The translations under genes and the position numbers were made by a program. Shown here in pieces: positions 28,613 to 38,290 of a stretch of 64,000 bases of DNA (within the stretch, counting starts at the first letter, position 1; each line of letters opens with the position of its first letter). The stretch is from Candidatus Bathyarchaeia archaeon. GTDB taxonomy: Archaea; Thermoproteota; Bathyarchaeia; Bathyarchaeales; Bathycorpusculaceae. The notes under the pieces are model-generated. The model was not told the DNA's origin and ran no database searches. It saw only the letters and a program-made list of their open reading frames with translations. The DNA lies in contig JBEKXL010000001.1 in the NCBI GenBank assembly GCA_049512075.1, forward strand, positions 64,001-128,000, given 5' to 3'.

Positions 28613-29790
28613 CAGTATTCAGCTCTTAAGACTTCAGCTATGTGCATCCTCATAGCGTTTACCGCAGGGATTATTCCGCCGAGGCAGCAGATGCCCACGA
28701 TGGCCGTGAACATTTCCAGCATGTAGACTGGCGGAACGATTTCCAGCACGCTGGGAAAGAACAGGGTCACAGGAATGCTAGTGTAGAAACTTGCTAACAT
28801 GAGGGCTGTCAGCGAGCCGAAGGCTACCCCGATTATGCCGCCGAGGACACCTATGAGGAGGGTCTCGATGACTACTACTCTGAATATATAGCTCATCGGC
28901 GCTCCAATCGCGTCCAATGTTGCGAAGTCACGACGCCTCTCTGACACGCTCATGACAGTGACTGTCATGACGAGTATCAGGCTCATGACAAAGACTACCG
29001 CTTCAATGCCTAATGTCCAAGTCTGCACCTGATCTAGGACGGGTTGGACGATGTCGTTTCTTTCAGTTTCTGTCAAGGCGCTGACGTAGCCTATTCGCTG
29101 CTTTATGGCCGTGGTCAGGTTTTGCTGTGCTATGTTTTGAAGCGGTTTTACCGCGATTATGTTTACGCTCTGCGGATAATTGTAGATGGTCTGCGCCAGT
29201 GTGAGGGGCATGACTAGGCAGCGGTTCAGCAAGGCCATTTTCGTGTCGAAGACGCCTGAAACATGCAGGGTGTAGCCGTTTACTCGGATGTCTATGCCCA
29301 CGGTCCAGTTGTACTGGTCAGCGATAGAGGCGCCTGCAACGATTTCGTTGCTCGAATCATTTGCTGGAAAATGGCCACTCGGCCTCAGTGGTATGGGTCC
29401 GAGGACGAGCCCCCAATCGTCAACTGGTATGCCCATCGTGAAGTTCACTGGGACTGCCTGAACCATTCCCTGTGATCCGACAGACGTAACGAAGAGGACC
29501 GGAGTCACAGTGGCCACCCCTGAGATGTTCACTAGTTCTTTCACTGTGGAATCTTCAGGCAGCATACCCCCGCTGATAGGTATTGCCTGAACTACAATGG
29601 CGTCCTTGCTTACCACGGTTACTTGACCGTTGAAGAGCACGTTCATTTCCCGTATCACCGTTGCATACCGCATGGTGGTGGCGCCGACGGCGATGACGAA
29701 AGTTGCTGCGATTGCCACTCCCAGAATGCACAGGAATGTTCTGATTTTTCTGCGGAAAAGGTTTCTGAAGCAGAATGTCAGCAGTCGCGT
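28612..29790 (-). CDS. FtsX/MacB-type ABC permease
   Basis: MSVSERRRDF...AIGA, PA..A...LRAE; the family N-terminus (RNLFRRKIRTFLCILGVAI) lies upstream of the GTG and starts at ACG 29790. Confidence 0.88.
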   Translation of the reverse strand, partial: TRLLTFCFRNLFRRKIRTFLCILGVAIAATFVIAVGATTMRYATVIREMNVLFNGQVTVVSKDAIVVQAIPISGGMLPEDSTVKELVNISGVATVTPVLFVTSVGSQGMVQAVPVNFTMGIPVDDWGLVLGPIPLRPSGHFPANDSSNEIVAGASIADQYNWTVGIDIRVNGYTLHVSGVFDTKMALLNRCLVMPLTLAQTIYNYPQSVNIIAVKPLQNIAQQNLTTAIKQRIGYVSALTETERNDIVQPVLDQVQTWTLGIEAVVFVMSLILVMTVTVMSVSERRRDFATLDAIGAPMSYIFRVVVIETLLIGVLGGIIGVAFGSLTALMLASFYTSIPVTLFFPSVLEIVPPVYMLEMFTAIVGICCLGGIIPAVNAMRMHIAEVLRAEY

Positions 29791-29888
29791 TCGCGATCCC
29801 TCTTGGCGCTTAGTCTTACGTGAAAACTATTTAAGCATTGGCAACCTATGATCATAAGGGCAGTGTCAATTCTTACGGAGAAAGGAAG

Positions 29889-32800
29889 ATGAAAACTACG
29901 AGACTTTTAAGTCTGTCCGTAGCATTTCTCCTGTTGGTTTCACCTTTCATGACTATGAGCAGACCCTACGTGACCGCTCAAACACCTGGAGCGACTTTGA
30001 CCGGCAACATTCTTGATCATGGTGCAGACGCCAACGGCAACGGCCTATACGATTATTTGGAAGTCGATGTGGAAGTCAATGTAACCGTCGCAGGAAACTT
30101 TATGTTATCAACCGGCACGCTTATGGATCAGTTCGGCAACATTATCCCTGTCTCTAACAATAGTCAAGGCTTCCTCAACGCGGGCATTCAATATTTGAAC
30201 GTATCCTTGTTCGGGCCTACGATTTTCAGCTATCAACTGAACCCTGAGAAAATCTATGAGATTTCTCTTTACACCGAAAACTACACATGGCAAGGCATTT
30301 ACAATGTGACCTTGTCGCGGATTTACAACTATACTGAATTTGATTCTCGTGCATTCTGGACTGGAAAGGTTTCGGATCGAGGTGTTGACACTGACGGTGA
30401 CGGGCTGTTCAACTATCTTGAAGTCGGAATAGAATTCAATGTCACAGAAGCGGGACAATATATGTTAGATGCCGCGGGGTTGATGGAGAAAAACGGATTC
30501 ATGATGAACTATTTGTATGAGTCCCACTATGAAACGAAAACCTTCAGCCCGGGCATTTACACGTTCGACATGAATTTCTCAGGTTCACAAATCGCTTCTG
30601 AACGTATCAACCCGACGCATGTAAATTACTTGAGCATATACGATCTGACAAACATTGTTGTGCTGAGTCAGCTTGATTCTGCCCCTCTTTCAAAGAGATA
30701 TGACTACACGCTTTTCAATGCGCCTTCAAGAGATATTCAAGTCAACTTCCAAGTCTACCCAAACGCCACGATTGCGGTGGCCGGGGCGCTCAATTATACA
30801 CACATGTATCCAGAGAACACTTACTATCCTGAAATGAATGCTTCAGTGGGTTTTTCAACAAATGGAAACATGACGACTGAGACTTCCAACGGCACTTTCT
30901 TCTTTCCCGAAGACACCTACAAAGGCTACAACACGATCGAAGCCCATTCACTCTTTACCTATAAGAACGGGTTTGAGAACAACACCATCACTGCTTCAGC
31001 AATATTGCCTCCGGAAGAAACACAGTTTTATCCGTACAATGCGACTGATGTAGGCCTCAACGCCTCATACGCCGGCGGCTTTTTCGACGTGGCCATCAAC
31101 GGGCAGACGGTAATACCCACGCCCGCCTACAGTGCTGCGTACAGCACTCTTTTTCCGTTTAACATGTCAGACGCCACCGTGCGCGCAGAATTCGACGGGA
31201 CGACATTGCAGGGAAACATCACATTCCACGTGATTCCAGGTTTCCCGCTCACCGACGTAACGGTTTACTTCAGCGGCAACAGAAGCAGCCTCAACCTAAT
31301 GGGTAACGTAAACGTCACGTACTCGAACTATGGCGACTTTCAGGTAAATCAAACAACGCTTGACCAGAAACTCGCTGACTTGAGTGCCAACTTCACTGGA
31401 GGGGGGCCAAGCTCGCTTTACAACGAGAGTGGGGGTTGCCTAGAATGCACTAATCTGAACGTCACGAAGACGCCATGGTCAGGGTCGACGTTGGGCGCAG
31501 ACGTCATGTACAGTGCCACGGTCGTCGGCAATTTCACAGGGGCCTTGGCTCGTATGATGTTTCCGGCGGGATCTCCGGATGATCAGGTGCAGCAGTTTGC
31601 ATACGCATCCTTGGAGTCGGCGGGTTCCTCGGTCAAAAACGCGTCCTTGGTACTCAGTTACTATCATGAAACAGGCTTAGCACAAATAGACTTGCATTTG
31701 ACCTGCGACGTGCAGGGCCTGTGCAGCAGCCTCCTCTTGCTGGCGCCGCCAGCGATACCATCTTACTGGTCCTCAGAGGAGAAGCAAATCGAAGCTTTGT
31801 TCAAGGTTGCAAACGCGACATCCTATGCGTTGACAGGCGCAGGCGTGAAAGCCTCATATTCGAGCGCTGAGAGAAAAACGACTCTTGACGCCTGGCTCAG
31901 GGGCAACGATAGACAGCTTAAGAACGACCTCATTCCAGTTCTGCCTGACTTAGTACCACCGAACATGCACGACCTCATCGCATCTTACTTCAACACTACC
32001 TATGGCACCGTGAACTCTTCGGTAACGACTTTTGATATGGTGAACGGAACCGCAACTTTTGCTTCACAAGTGAACCTTCAGGGCGATTTCGAGGCTGAGC
32101 TGAACCTTGAAAAAGCTCTTCTAATAGCATCCTTCAACGCGACGCTTCCGTCATCGTTACCTCCCACATGGGAGCTGAGCGTTCTTAACGAGACCGACAT
32201 AAACATCAACAACTTCGAAGCAGAGCTTCAGTCGGGACGAGACTGGATGTACGCGAACTTCAGCGGCCTGATTCTCAAACCTCAACCCGACGATATCAGC
32301 GCGATAACGTTTAGACTCAAGAATTGGTTGAACATGACAAACAGTCCCAACGCGCCACCGCAGGACTTCGACAAATTCAGCATCACGATAACTGGGGCGT
32401 CGAGTGAAAACCAGACGGTCCTGCTATCACAGCAGCCTAACCTGCCTTCACCCGATCAGCTCTCCCCTGACGGCAGAAGCATGGTCTGGAACAATGCCTC
32501 TCTCAGCAGCCTACAGGACGTGACTTTTCTCATAGCTTACCAGAGTCGAATCAATTACGCGGGAGGAAGCTATGATGTTCCAATATTCACGAACTCCACG
32601 GTAACGGCCTTTGCCTTCGATCCAAATGCCAAGCAAATAGCCTTCAACGTCACGGGACCGCCGGGCACTGGCTTCAGCAACGTGACCATCCCTAAAGCGC
32701 TGCTCAACGCGAGCGCACTCAGTGATTGGACTGTGACGTTTGACGGACAAAACTTGACTCCGCAACAGTTTAATATAACACAAAACGCCGAGTACGTGTT

Positions 32801-33017
32801 CGTGTACCTGAACTACACACATTCAGCGCACGTGATAACAATCAGGGGCACTCAGCTCGTCCCGGAGTTTCAACCCGACATCCTGCCAGTAGCCCTCGCA
32901 ATCCTGCTCATCATCGTAGCCATAGTAGCCGTGAGACAGAGAAGAAAACTCGAGCCCGTGAAAACCAGGTTCCTTCGGACTGTGGCACGCCTTAGGTCCC
33001 CTCAGAAACCAAGCTGA
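29889..33017 (+). CDS. Large secreted surface glycoprotein with PEF-CTERM-like C-terminal sorting signal
   Basis: Signal peptide, two DxG.DxxGxGL(Y/F)xYLEV repeats, many N-x-S/T sequons, C-terminal VPEF + TM helix + basic tail. Confidence 0.75.
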   Translation: MKTTRLLSLSVAFLLLVSPFMTMSRPYVTAQTPGATLTGNILDHGADANGNGLYDYLEVDVEVNVTVAGNFMLSTGTLMDQFGNIIPVSNNSQGFLNAGIQYLNVSLFGPTIFSYQLNPEKIYEISLYTENYTWQGIYNVTLSRIYNYTEFDSRAFWTGKVSDRGVDTDGDGLFNYLEVGIEFNVTEAGQYMLDAAGLMEKNGFMMNYLYESHYETKTFSPGIYTFDMNFSGSQIASERINPTHVNYLSIYDLTNIVVLSQLDSAPLSKRYDYTLFNAPSRDIQVNFQVYPNATIAVAGALNYTHMYPENTYYPEMNASVGFSTNGNMTTETSNGTFFFPEDTYKGYNTIEAHSLFTYKNGFENNTITASAILPPEETQFYPYNATDVGLNASYAGGFFDVAINGQTVIPTPAYSAAYSTLFPFNMSDATVRAEFDGTTLQGNITFHVIPGFPLTDVTVYFSGNRSSLNLMGNVNVTYSNYGDFQVNQTTLDQKLADLSANFTGGGPSSLYNESGGCLECTNLNVTKTPWSGSTLGADVMYSATVVGNFTGALARMMFPAGSPDDQVQQFAYASLESAGSSVKNASLVLSYYHETGLAQIDLHLTCDVQGLCSSLLLLAPPAIPSYWSSEEKQIEALFKVANATSYALTGAGVKASYSSAERKTTLDAWLRGNDRQLKNDLIPVLPDLVPPNMHDLIASYFNTTYGTVNSSVTTFDMVNGTATFASQVNLQGDFEAELNLEKALLIASFNATLPSSLPPTWELSVLNETDININNFEAELQSGRDWMYANFSGLILKPQPDDISAITFRLKNWLNMTNSPNAPPQDFDKFSITITGASSENQTVLLSQQPNLPSPDQLSPDGRSMVWNNASLSSLQDVTFLIAYQSRINYAGGSYDVPIFTNSTVTAFAFDPNAKQIAFNVTGPPGTGFSNVTIPKALLNASALSDWTVTFDGQNLTPQQFNITQNAEYVFVYLNYTHSAHVITIRGTQLVPEFQPDILPVALAILLIIVAIVAVRQRRKLEPVKTRFLRTVARLRSPQKPS

Positions 33018-33145
33018 GCGCGCGCGCCACATCCCCATCCGAACCCAAGCGCCTCATCCCCACCACTTTTTTCCCCACTCCGCCACCTTTTTGTATTGCA
33101 CGCGCTACTTGTACAGGCATCAGTCAAACCGGAAAAGGCGTCTCC

Positions 33146-34255
33146 ATGAAGTACGAAATCAAATGCTCAGCATGCAACAAGCCTTCTTCCAATTTGCTTG
33201 CGTTCAAATGTCCGTCATGCGGCCATCCGTTGGACGTTCAACTGGATTTCAATTTTGAACCTGACAAGATACGCACTAGTAACTACAGCGTCTGGAGATA
33301 CGAACAATTTTTCCCTTACGCTCAAGAGAAGAAAATCGTAACTCTTTCAGAAGGTTGGACCCCGTTGGTCAAGTTATCAGACAATGCGTACGTGAAGCTT
33401 GAAAGTGCGAATCCTACTGGTTCTTTCAAGGACAGGGGCTCAACTGTTCTGGTTTCCGCCTTGCGCGACCTCATAGAAGAGGCGGGCGGTTACATTTCTG
33501 AAGATTCTTCGGGCAACGCTGGAGCTTCGATGGCCGCCTACGCTGCCCGTGCAGGCTTGAAGGCTAGGATCTACGTTCCGGAGACTGTTGCGGGTCCAAA
33601 GTTCAATCAAATCCAGTTTTACGGGGCGCAGGTCACGAAGGTTTCGGGCAGCCGCAGCAGAGTCGCGGAAGAAGCCCAGAGTGTGGAGAAGGGAAAATTC
33701 TATGTTGGCCACATACTTCATCCGCTCTTCAGAGACGGAATAAGAAGCCTTGCATACGAAATATTCGAACAGTTCGGATGGAATGTTCCTGAACGCATCT
33801 ACCTACCCGTTTCGGCCGGGACTCTGCTATTGGGCTTGATAAGCGGTTTCAAGCACCTGTCAGATTCAGGGGGCATAGAAGCCTTTCCGAGGACTGTAGC
33901 TTGCCAAACACGGCAGATCTCACCGCTCTACCACCGATTCAAAGGCTTGAAGTATGATCCGCCAGAAAAGGTGACATCCATCGCCGATGCGTTGGTAAGC
34001 ACAAAACCTCCGCTGCTAGATCTTATGGTCAAGGGTTTGAAGGAGGTTAAGGGCGACGCGGTTATGGTTGATGAGGAGGAGATAATGGAGGCGTTCTTGG
34101 AGCTGGCGAGGAGGGGTTTCTTTGTTGAGCCGAGCTCAGCTGTTGCCTACGCTGGTTACAAGAAGCAACTGGCGAACAATGAAGTGTCACGGGAAAGCAG
34201 AGTTGTGATAGTCCTGACTGGGAACGGTTTGAAAACGGCGATTAAGCCAAACTGA
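33146..34255 (+). CDS. thrC: Threonine synthase
   Basis: N-terminal Zn ribbon, EGWTPL, NPTGSFKDRG (PLP Lys), SSGNAG, VEPSSA, LTGNGLK. Confidence 0.88.
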   Translation: MKYEIKCSACNKPSSNLLAFKCPSCGHPLDVQLDFNFEPDKIRTSNYSVWRYEQFFPYAQEKKIVTLSEGWTPLVKLSDNAYVKLESANPTGSFKDRGSTVLVSALRDLIEEAGGYISEDSSGNAGASMAAYAARAGLKARIYVPETVAGPKFNQIQFYGAQVTKVSGSRSRVAEEAQSVEKGKFYVGHILHPLFRDGIRSLAYEIFEQFGWNVPERIYLPVSAGTLLLGLISGFKHLSDSGGIEAFPRTVACQTRQISPLYHRFKGLKYDPPEKVTSIADALVSTKPPLLDLMVKGLKEVKGDAVMVDEEEIMEAFLELARRGFFVEPSSAVAYAGYKKQLANNEVSRESRVVIVLTGNGLKTAIKPN

Positions 34256-34309
34256 CACTGGGCCTCATGGGTTAATGCTTGAAAATCTTGTTTTCGGCTG
34301 ATTTTTTTA

Positions 34310-34323
34310 GAAAAACTTATATG
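34310..34323 (+). promoter_or_regulatory. BRE/TATA promoter of the thermosome gene
   Basis: GAAAAAC-TTATAT about 45-55 nt upstream of the start; GAGGAGG RBS follows. Confidence 0.5.
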
Positions 34324-34367
34324 TTGAAGCTGTTTCTGTTTGTGACGCATTGAGGAGGTTATAGGAT

Positions 34368-36038
34368 TTGTCATCACAACAATCAGCTGGCGGTGTTCCA
34401 GTTTTAGTGCTGAAAGAAGGTTCAAACCGCTCAAGAGGAAAGGAAGCGCAGAACTCAAACATAGAAGCAGCAAAAATCGTTGCTGAAGTAATCAAGAGCT
34501 CTCTCGGACCTAAGGGCATGGACAAAATGCTTGTCGACAGTTTCGGCGACGTGACGATAACGAGTGACGGGCGCACAATCTTGGATGAGATGGACATTCA
34601 GCATCCAGCAGCGAAGATGATGGTGGAAGTTGCTAAGACACAGGACAACGAAGCTGGAGACGGAACGACAACGGCCGTGATAATATCCGGTGAGCTTCTG
34701 AACAGGGCTCAGGAACTGATTGAGAAAAGCGTTCATCCCACGATAATAATCGACGGATACAGGAAAGCTTCAGAAAAAGCATTGGAAATCCTAGAGAAAA
34801 TCGCGATACCGGTAGACCTGAACTCTCAGGATTACTTGAAGAAGGCTGCAATGACTTCGATGGCCAGCAAACTGGTCGCCGAACACAAGGAATACCTGGC
34901 AGACTTGGCTGTAAAATCGATTCTTGCGGTTGCGGAGAAGGAAGGCGAGAAGTACAAGGCAGACGTGGACGATGTCAAGGTTGAGAAGAAACCCGGCGAA
35001 TCCGTGAGGGACACGAAGCTCATCCAGGGCATAGTATTGGACAAGGACGTCGCGCATTCTGGGATGCCTAAACGCGTGGAGAAGGCAAAGATTCTGTTGT
35101 TGGATGCGGTGCTTGAGATTGAAAAAACCGAGTTCGACGCAAAGATTAACATCGAAAGCCCTGAGCAGATGGAGGCGTTCATAAAACAGGAAGAAGACAT
35201 GCTGCGCGACATGGTTGACAAGGTCGTCAAGACGGGCGCAAACGTCGTTCTCACCGAGAAAGGCATCGACGACATGGTCCAGCATTTCATGGCGAGAAAA
35301 GGAATCCTTGCGGTTAGACGAAACAAGAAGTCAGACATGGAGAAACTTGCAAAGGCCACTGGAGGAAAAATAGTTTCAAACCTGGATTCCATGACTTCGG
35401 AGGATTTGGGTTACGCGGCTCTTGTGGAAGAACGGAAGATAGGCGACGATAAGATGACTTTCATAGAAGGGTGCAAGCACCCGAAGGCCGTCACGATTCT
35501 CATCAGAGGCGGAACACAGCGCATAGTCGACGAAGCTGAAAGATCATTGCACGACGCGTTGTGCGTGGTCAGAGACATAGTTCAGGAACCCAAAGTGCTT
35601 GCCGGCGGCGGCGCGTCTGAACTGGAAGTTTCCCGCGGACTGAAAAAGTATGCTGAGACGCTTCCGGGAAGGGAGCAGCTGGCAGTCGTAGCTTTTGCAG
35701 AGGCTCTTGAAGCGATTCCGACGACACTGACAGAAAACGCTGGTCTGGACCCGATTGACATACTCTCGGATCTAAGGTCAAGACACGAGAAAGGCGAAGT
35801 GTGGGCTGGAATAGAAGTTAACACTGGAAAAACTCAGGACATGAGCAAAGCCGGAGTTATTGAACCCATTTCCGTCAAGAAACAGATAATCAAATCGGCC
35901 ACTGAAGCCTCGACGATGCTGTTGAAAATCGACGATGTGATTGCTTCCGGAAAGATGAGAACTCCTCCAGGACCCCCAGGAGGCGGCGGCCCACCAGGCG
36001 GGATGGGCGGCGGTTACCCTAGTATGGGGGAGTACTAG
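34368..36038 (+). CDS. Thermosome (group II chaperonin) subunit
   Basis: [30 protein letters not shown], Gly/Pro/Met tail. Confidence 0.97.
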   Translation: MSSQQSAGGVPVLVLKEGSNRSRGKEAQNSNIEAAKIVAEVIKSSLGPKGMDKMLVDSFGDVTITSDGRTILDEMDIQHPAAKMMVEVAKTQDNEAGDGTTTAVIISGELLNRAQELIEKSVHPTIIIDGYRKASEKALEILEKIAIPVDLNSQDYLKKAAMTSMASKLVAEHKEYLADLAVKSILAVAEKEGEKYKADVDDVKVEKKPGESVRDTKLIQGIVLDKDVAHSGMPKRVEKAKILLLDAVLEIEKTEFDAKINIESPEQMEAFIKQEEDMLRDMVDKVVKTGANVVLTEKGIDDMVQHFMARKGILAVRRNKKSDMEKLAKATGGKIVSNLDSMTSEDLGYAALVEERKIGDDKMTFIEGCKHPKAVTILIRGGTQRIVDEAERSLHDALCVVRDIVQEPKVLAGGGASELEVSRGLKKYAETLPGREQLAVVAFAEALEAIPTTLTENAGLDPIDILSDLRSRHEKGEVWAGIEVNTGKTQDMSKAGVIEPISVKKQIIKSATEASTMLLKIDDVIASGKMRTPPGPPGGGGPPGGMGGGYPSMGEY

Positions 36039-36042
36039 AACT

Positions 36043-36300
36043 ACGTCAGAGAAAAAGAAAATCACGATTGGACCGCCAAAAATCACCCGGTTTGAAAAGG
36101 CAAGGATAGTGGGGGCTAGAGCCCTTCAGATATCCATGGGAGCCCCCATACTTGTCGACGTGTCAGAAGGCTTCACAGGACCTATAGACATAGCGTTAAA
36201 AGAGTTCGCAGCCGACATACTGCCCATAACCGTTAGAAGGACATTGCCAGACGGTAGCTTCCAAGACATTCCCTTGAAATGGCTTCTCGCGGAGCACTAA
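36043..36300 (+). CDS. rpoK: DNA-directed RNA polymerase subunit Rpo6 (K)
   Basis: [26 protein letters not shown]...[10 protein letters not shown]; part of the core motif lies upstream of the first canonical start (GTG 36109), so ACG 36043 is proposed. Confidence 0.92.
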   Translation, partial: TSEKKKITIGPPKITRFEKARIVGARALQISMGAPILVDVSEGFTGPIDIALKEFAADILPITVRRTLPDGSFQDIPLKWLLAEH

Positions 36301-36788
36301 ACGCTCCCCTTTTTTAGTTTCTGCAGACTCTGTGCTGAGAGTCTTAGCGTTTCTCTGATTTTCGTCCAGTGTGCGCCTTGCCAGTAGACTTGGCCGCACT
36401 TAGGGCATTCCCAGAACTCGGTGTAATGTTCAAGAGTGTTTTTCTCAACTCGGCCTGCCACTTTTTCTATTGGAACGGGCTTGACTTGAGTGTTGCACTT
36501 TGGGCATCTGGACGTTGCCATGTCTATTTCAAAGCTGATGCCGAATCTTGTGGCGAGCTCGGCCAGTCTCTCCTGTTCTGTTTGTCCTTCAACGTAGAAG
36601 GCTTCGACTTCTTTGGCGACGGCATGCTGGTAGAGTGCGAAATCTCTTGTGAGCAGGATCCTGTGCTCTTTCTTGGCGATTGTTAACAGTTCAGAGTCAT
36701 CCATGCTGTTCGAGTATTCTACGTCGTGTCCCATCATTCGAAGCCAGCGAGCCAGTTTGCCGAGCATTCCGTCGATGACAAACTTCAA
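36297..36788 (-). CDS. Mut7-C RNase domain protein
   Basis: [45 protein letters not shown]. Confidence 0.9.
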   Translation of the reverse strand: MKFVIDGMLGKLARWLRMMGHDVEYSNSMDDSELLTIAKKEHRILLTRDFALYQHAVAKEVEAFYVEGQTEQERLAELATRFGISFEIDMATSRCPKCNTQVKPVPIEKVAGRVEKNTLEHYTEFWECPKCGQVYWQGAHWTKIRETLRLSAQSLQKLKKGSV

Positions 36789-36792
36789 GAGG

Positions 36793-38133
36793 CTACTCTC
36801 TCCGGATTATTCTTCCGCTTCCAGCTTTCGCCACTATCTCGCCGTCATCCATGACCAGTTGACCCGCAACGATGGTTTTAACTGGTTTTCCCTGAACCTC
36901 GCGGCCTTCGAAGGGTGAGAACTTTGCTTTTGAATGGAACTTTGACGCGTCAATCTTGTATTTTCTGTTGAGATCCACGACTGTCAGGTCAGCGTCGTTT
37001 CCTTCTTTCAAACGGCCCTTGTTTTTCAGCTTGAAGATCTCCGCGGGGTTTTCAGACATCAGTCTAACCACGTCGCCGATTGATATTCGACCGCGCCGAA
37101 CTTCAGTGAGCAGAAGCGGAAGCGTCGTCTCTAAGCCGGGTATTCCGACTTTCACGTCCCAAACAGACTCTGCTTCCTTTTCTTTCAGAGTGTGCGGCGC
37201 ATGATCAGAGCCTATAACGTCAACCCAACCGTTCTTGACAGCCTCCCACAAACCGTCAACGTCACGCCTATCACGCAAAGGTGGCATAGTCAAGGCCAAA
37301 CTTCCAATTCGTTTCAAATCCCTAACGGACAGGAACAGGTGATGAGGCGTTGCTTCACACGTTACCTGCAGTTCGGACTTCTTGGCTTCGATTATTTTCG
37401 TCATCCCTGCTTCTGTGCTCACGTGACAAAAATGCAGATGCATGCCAGTTTGCTTTGCTAGTTTCAGCAAACGTTCGATAGCCTTCACTTCGACGTCTTC
37501 AGAGTGTGCCTTCAAAAAAGCGTTTATGTCATTTCGACCGATGCTCTTGAACTTGTCTTCATTTCTTTTCAAAGTCTGCTCATCTTCAGCGTGAGTAGCC
37601 GTTAGAATCCCTAAGCTGCCCGCAACCTTGAACGCTTCCATAATAGCTTGGTCGTTGCGAATGTCCAGCCCGCCGACTTGTTCAGCCATGTAAAGTTTGA
37701 AGCCGACTGCGCCCTCTCTCACAATTGCTTGGATTTCCGACTTGTCTTTTGGAAATTCAGAATAGAATCCTACGTTCACCAAAACTTTCCTTTCAGCAAG
37801 TCCCATTCTGTTTCTCAGAGTTTCAACACTCATGGTCACTGGGTTGTTGTTGGGCATGTCAAGAGCTGTTGTCATCCCGCCAGCCGCTGCAGCTGCCGTG
37901 CCGCTATAGAAATCTTCCTTGTAAGCCTTTTCCTCATCTCGAAGGTGCACGTGCACGTCTATCAGACCCGGCAACACAAGGAGATTCTTCAAATCGAGCC
38001 TTACGTCTGACTTAGGCATGTTGGTTTCCCTGCCTATTTTGAGAATCCTGCTATCGTCGATTGCCACGCTGCAATCTACTATTGCCAGGTTCATGTAGGC
38101 CTTCGTGTTCACCAAGACCACGTCCGCGATCAA
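36793..38133 (-). CDS. pyrC: Dihydroorotase
   Basis: DVHVHLR, AAAAGG, DMPN, CEATPHHL, PPLR, SDHAPH, SKAKFSPF. Confidence 0.9.
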   Translation of the reverse strand: MIADVVLVNTKAYMNLAIVDCSVAIDDSRILKIGRETNMPKSDVRLDLKNLLVLPGLIDVHVHLRDEEKAYKEDFYSGTAAAAAGGMTTALDMPNNNPVTMSVETLRNRMGLAERKVLVNVGFYSEFPKDKSEIQAIVREGAVGFKLYMAEQVGGLDIRNDQAIMEAFKVAGSLGILTATHAEDEQTLKRNEDKFKSIGRNDINAFLKAHSEDVEVKAIERLLKLAKQTGMHLHFCHVSTEAGMTKIIEAKKSELQVTCEATPHHLFLSVRDLKRIGSLALTMPPLRDRRDVDGLWEAVKNGWVDVIGSDHAPHTLKEKEAESVWDVKVGIPGLETTLPLLLTEVRRGRISIGDVVRLMSENPAEIFKLKNKGRLKEGNDADLTVVDLNRKYKIDASKFHSKAKFSPFEGREVQGKPVKTIVAGQLVMDDGEIVAKAGSGRIIRRE

Positions 38134-38290
38134 ACTGCTATCGCCTCTCTCACTTCAATAACGTCCAGCAACGCGTTAAAAGTTTGCTTGTCAACTGCCG
38201 TCATGTTCAATTCGTATCAGTTTGGCCACGACTCAACGCGCGCGCTAAAATCGAAAACGCGCGAAATAAGATTGCGCACGGGCGAGATTT

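Noticed and set aside
35960-36038. Gly/Pro/Met low-complexity repeat at the end of the thermosome gene
   Set aside because: Normal chaperonin C-terminal tail.
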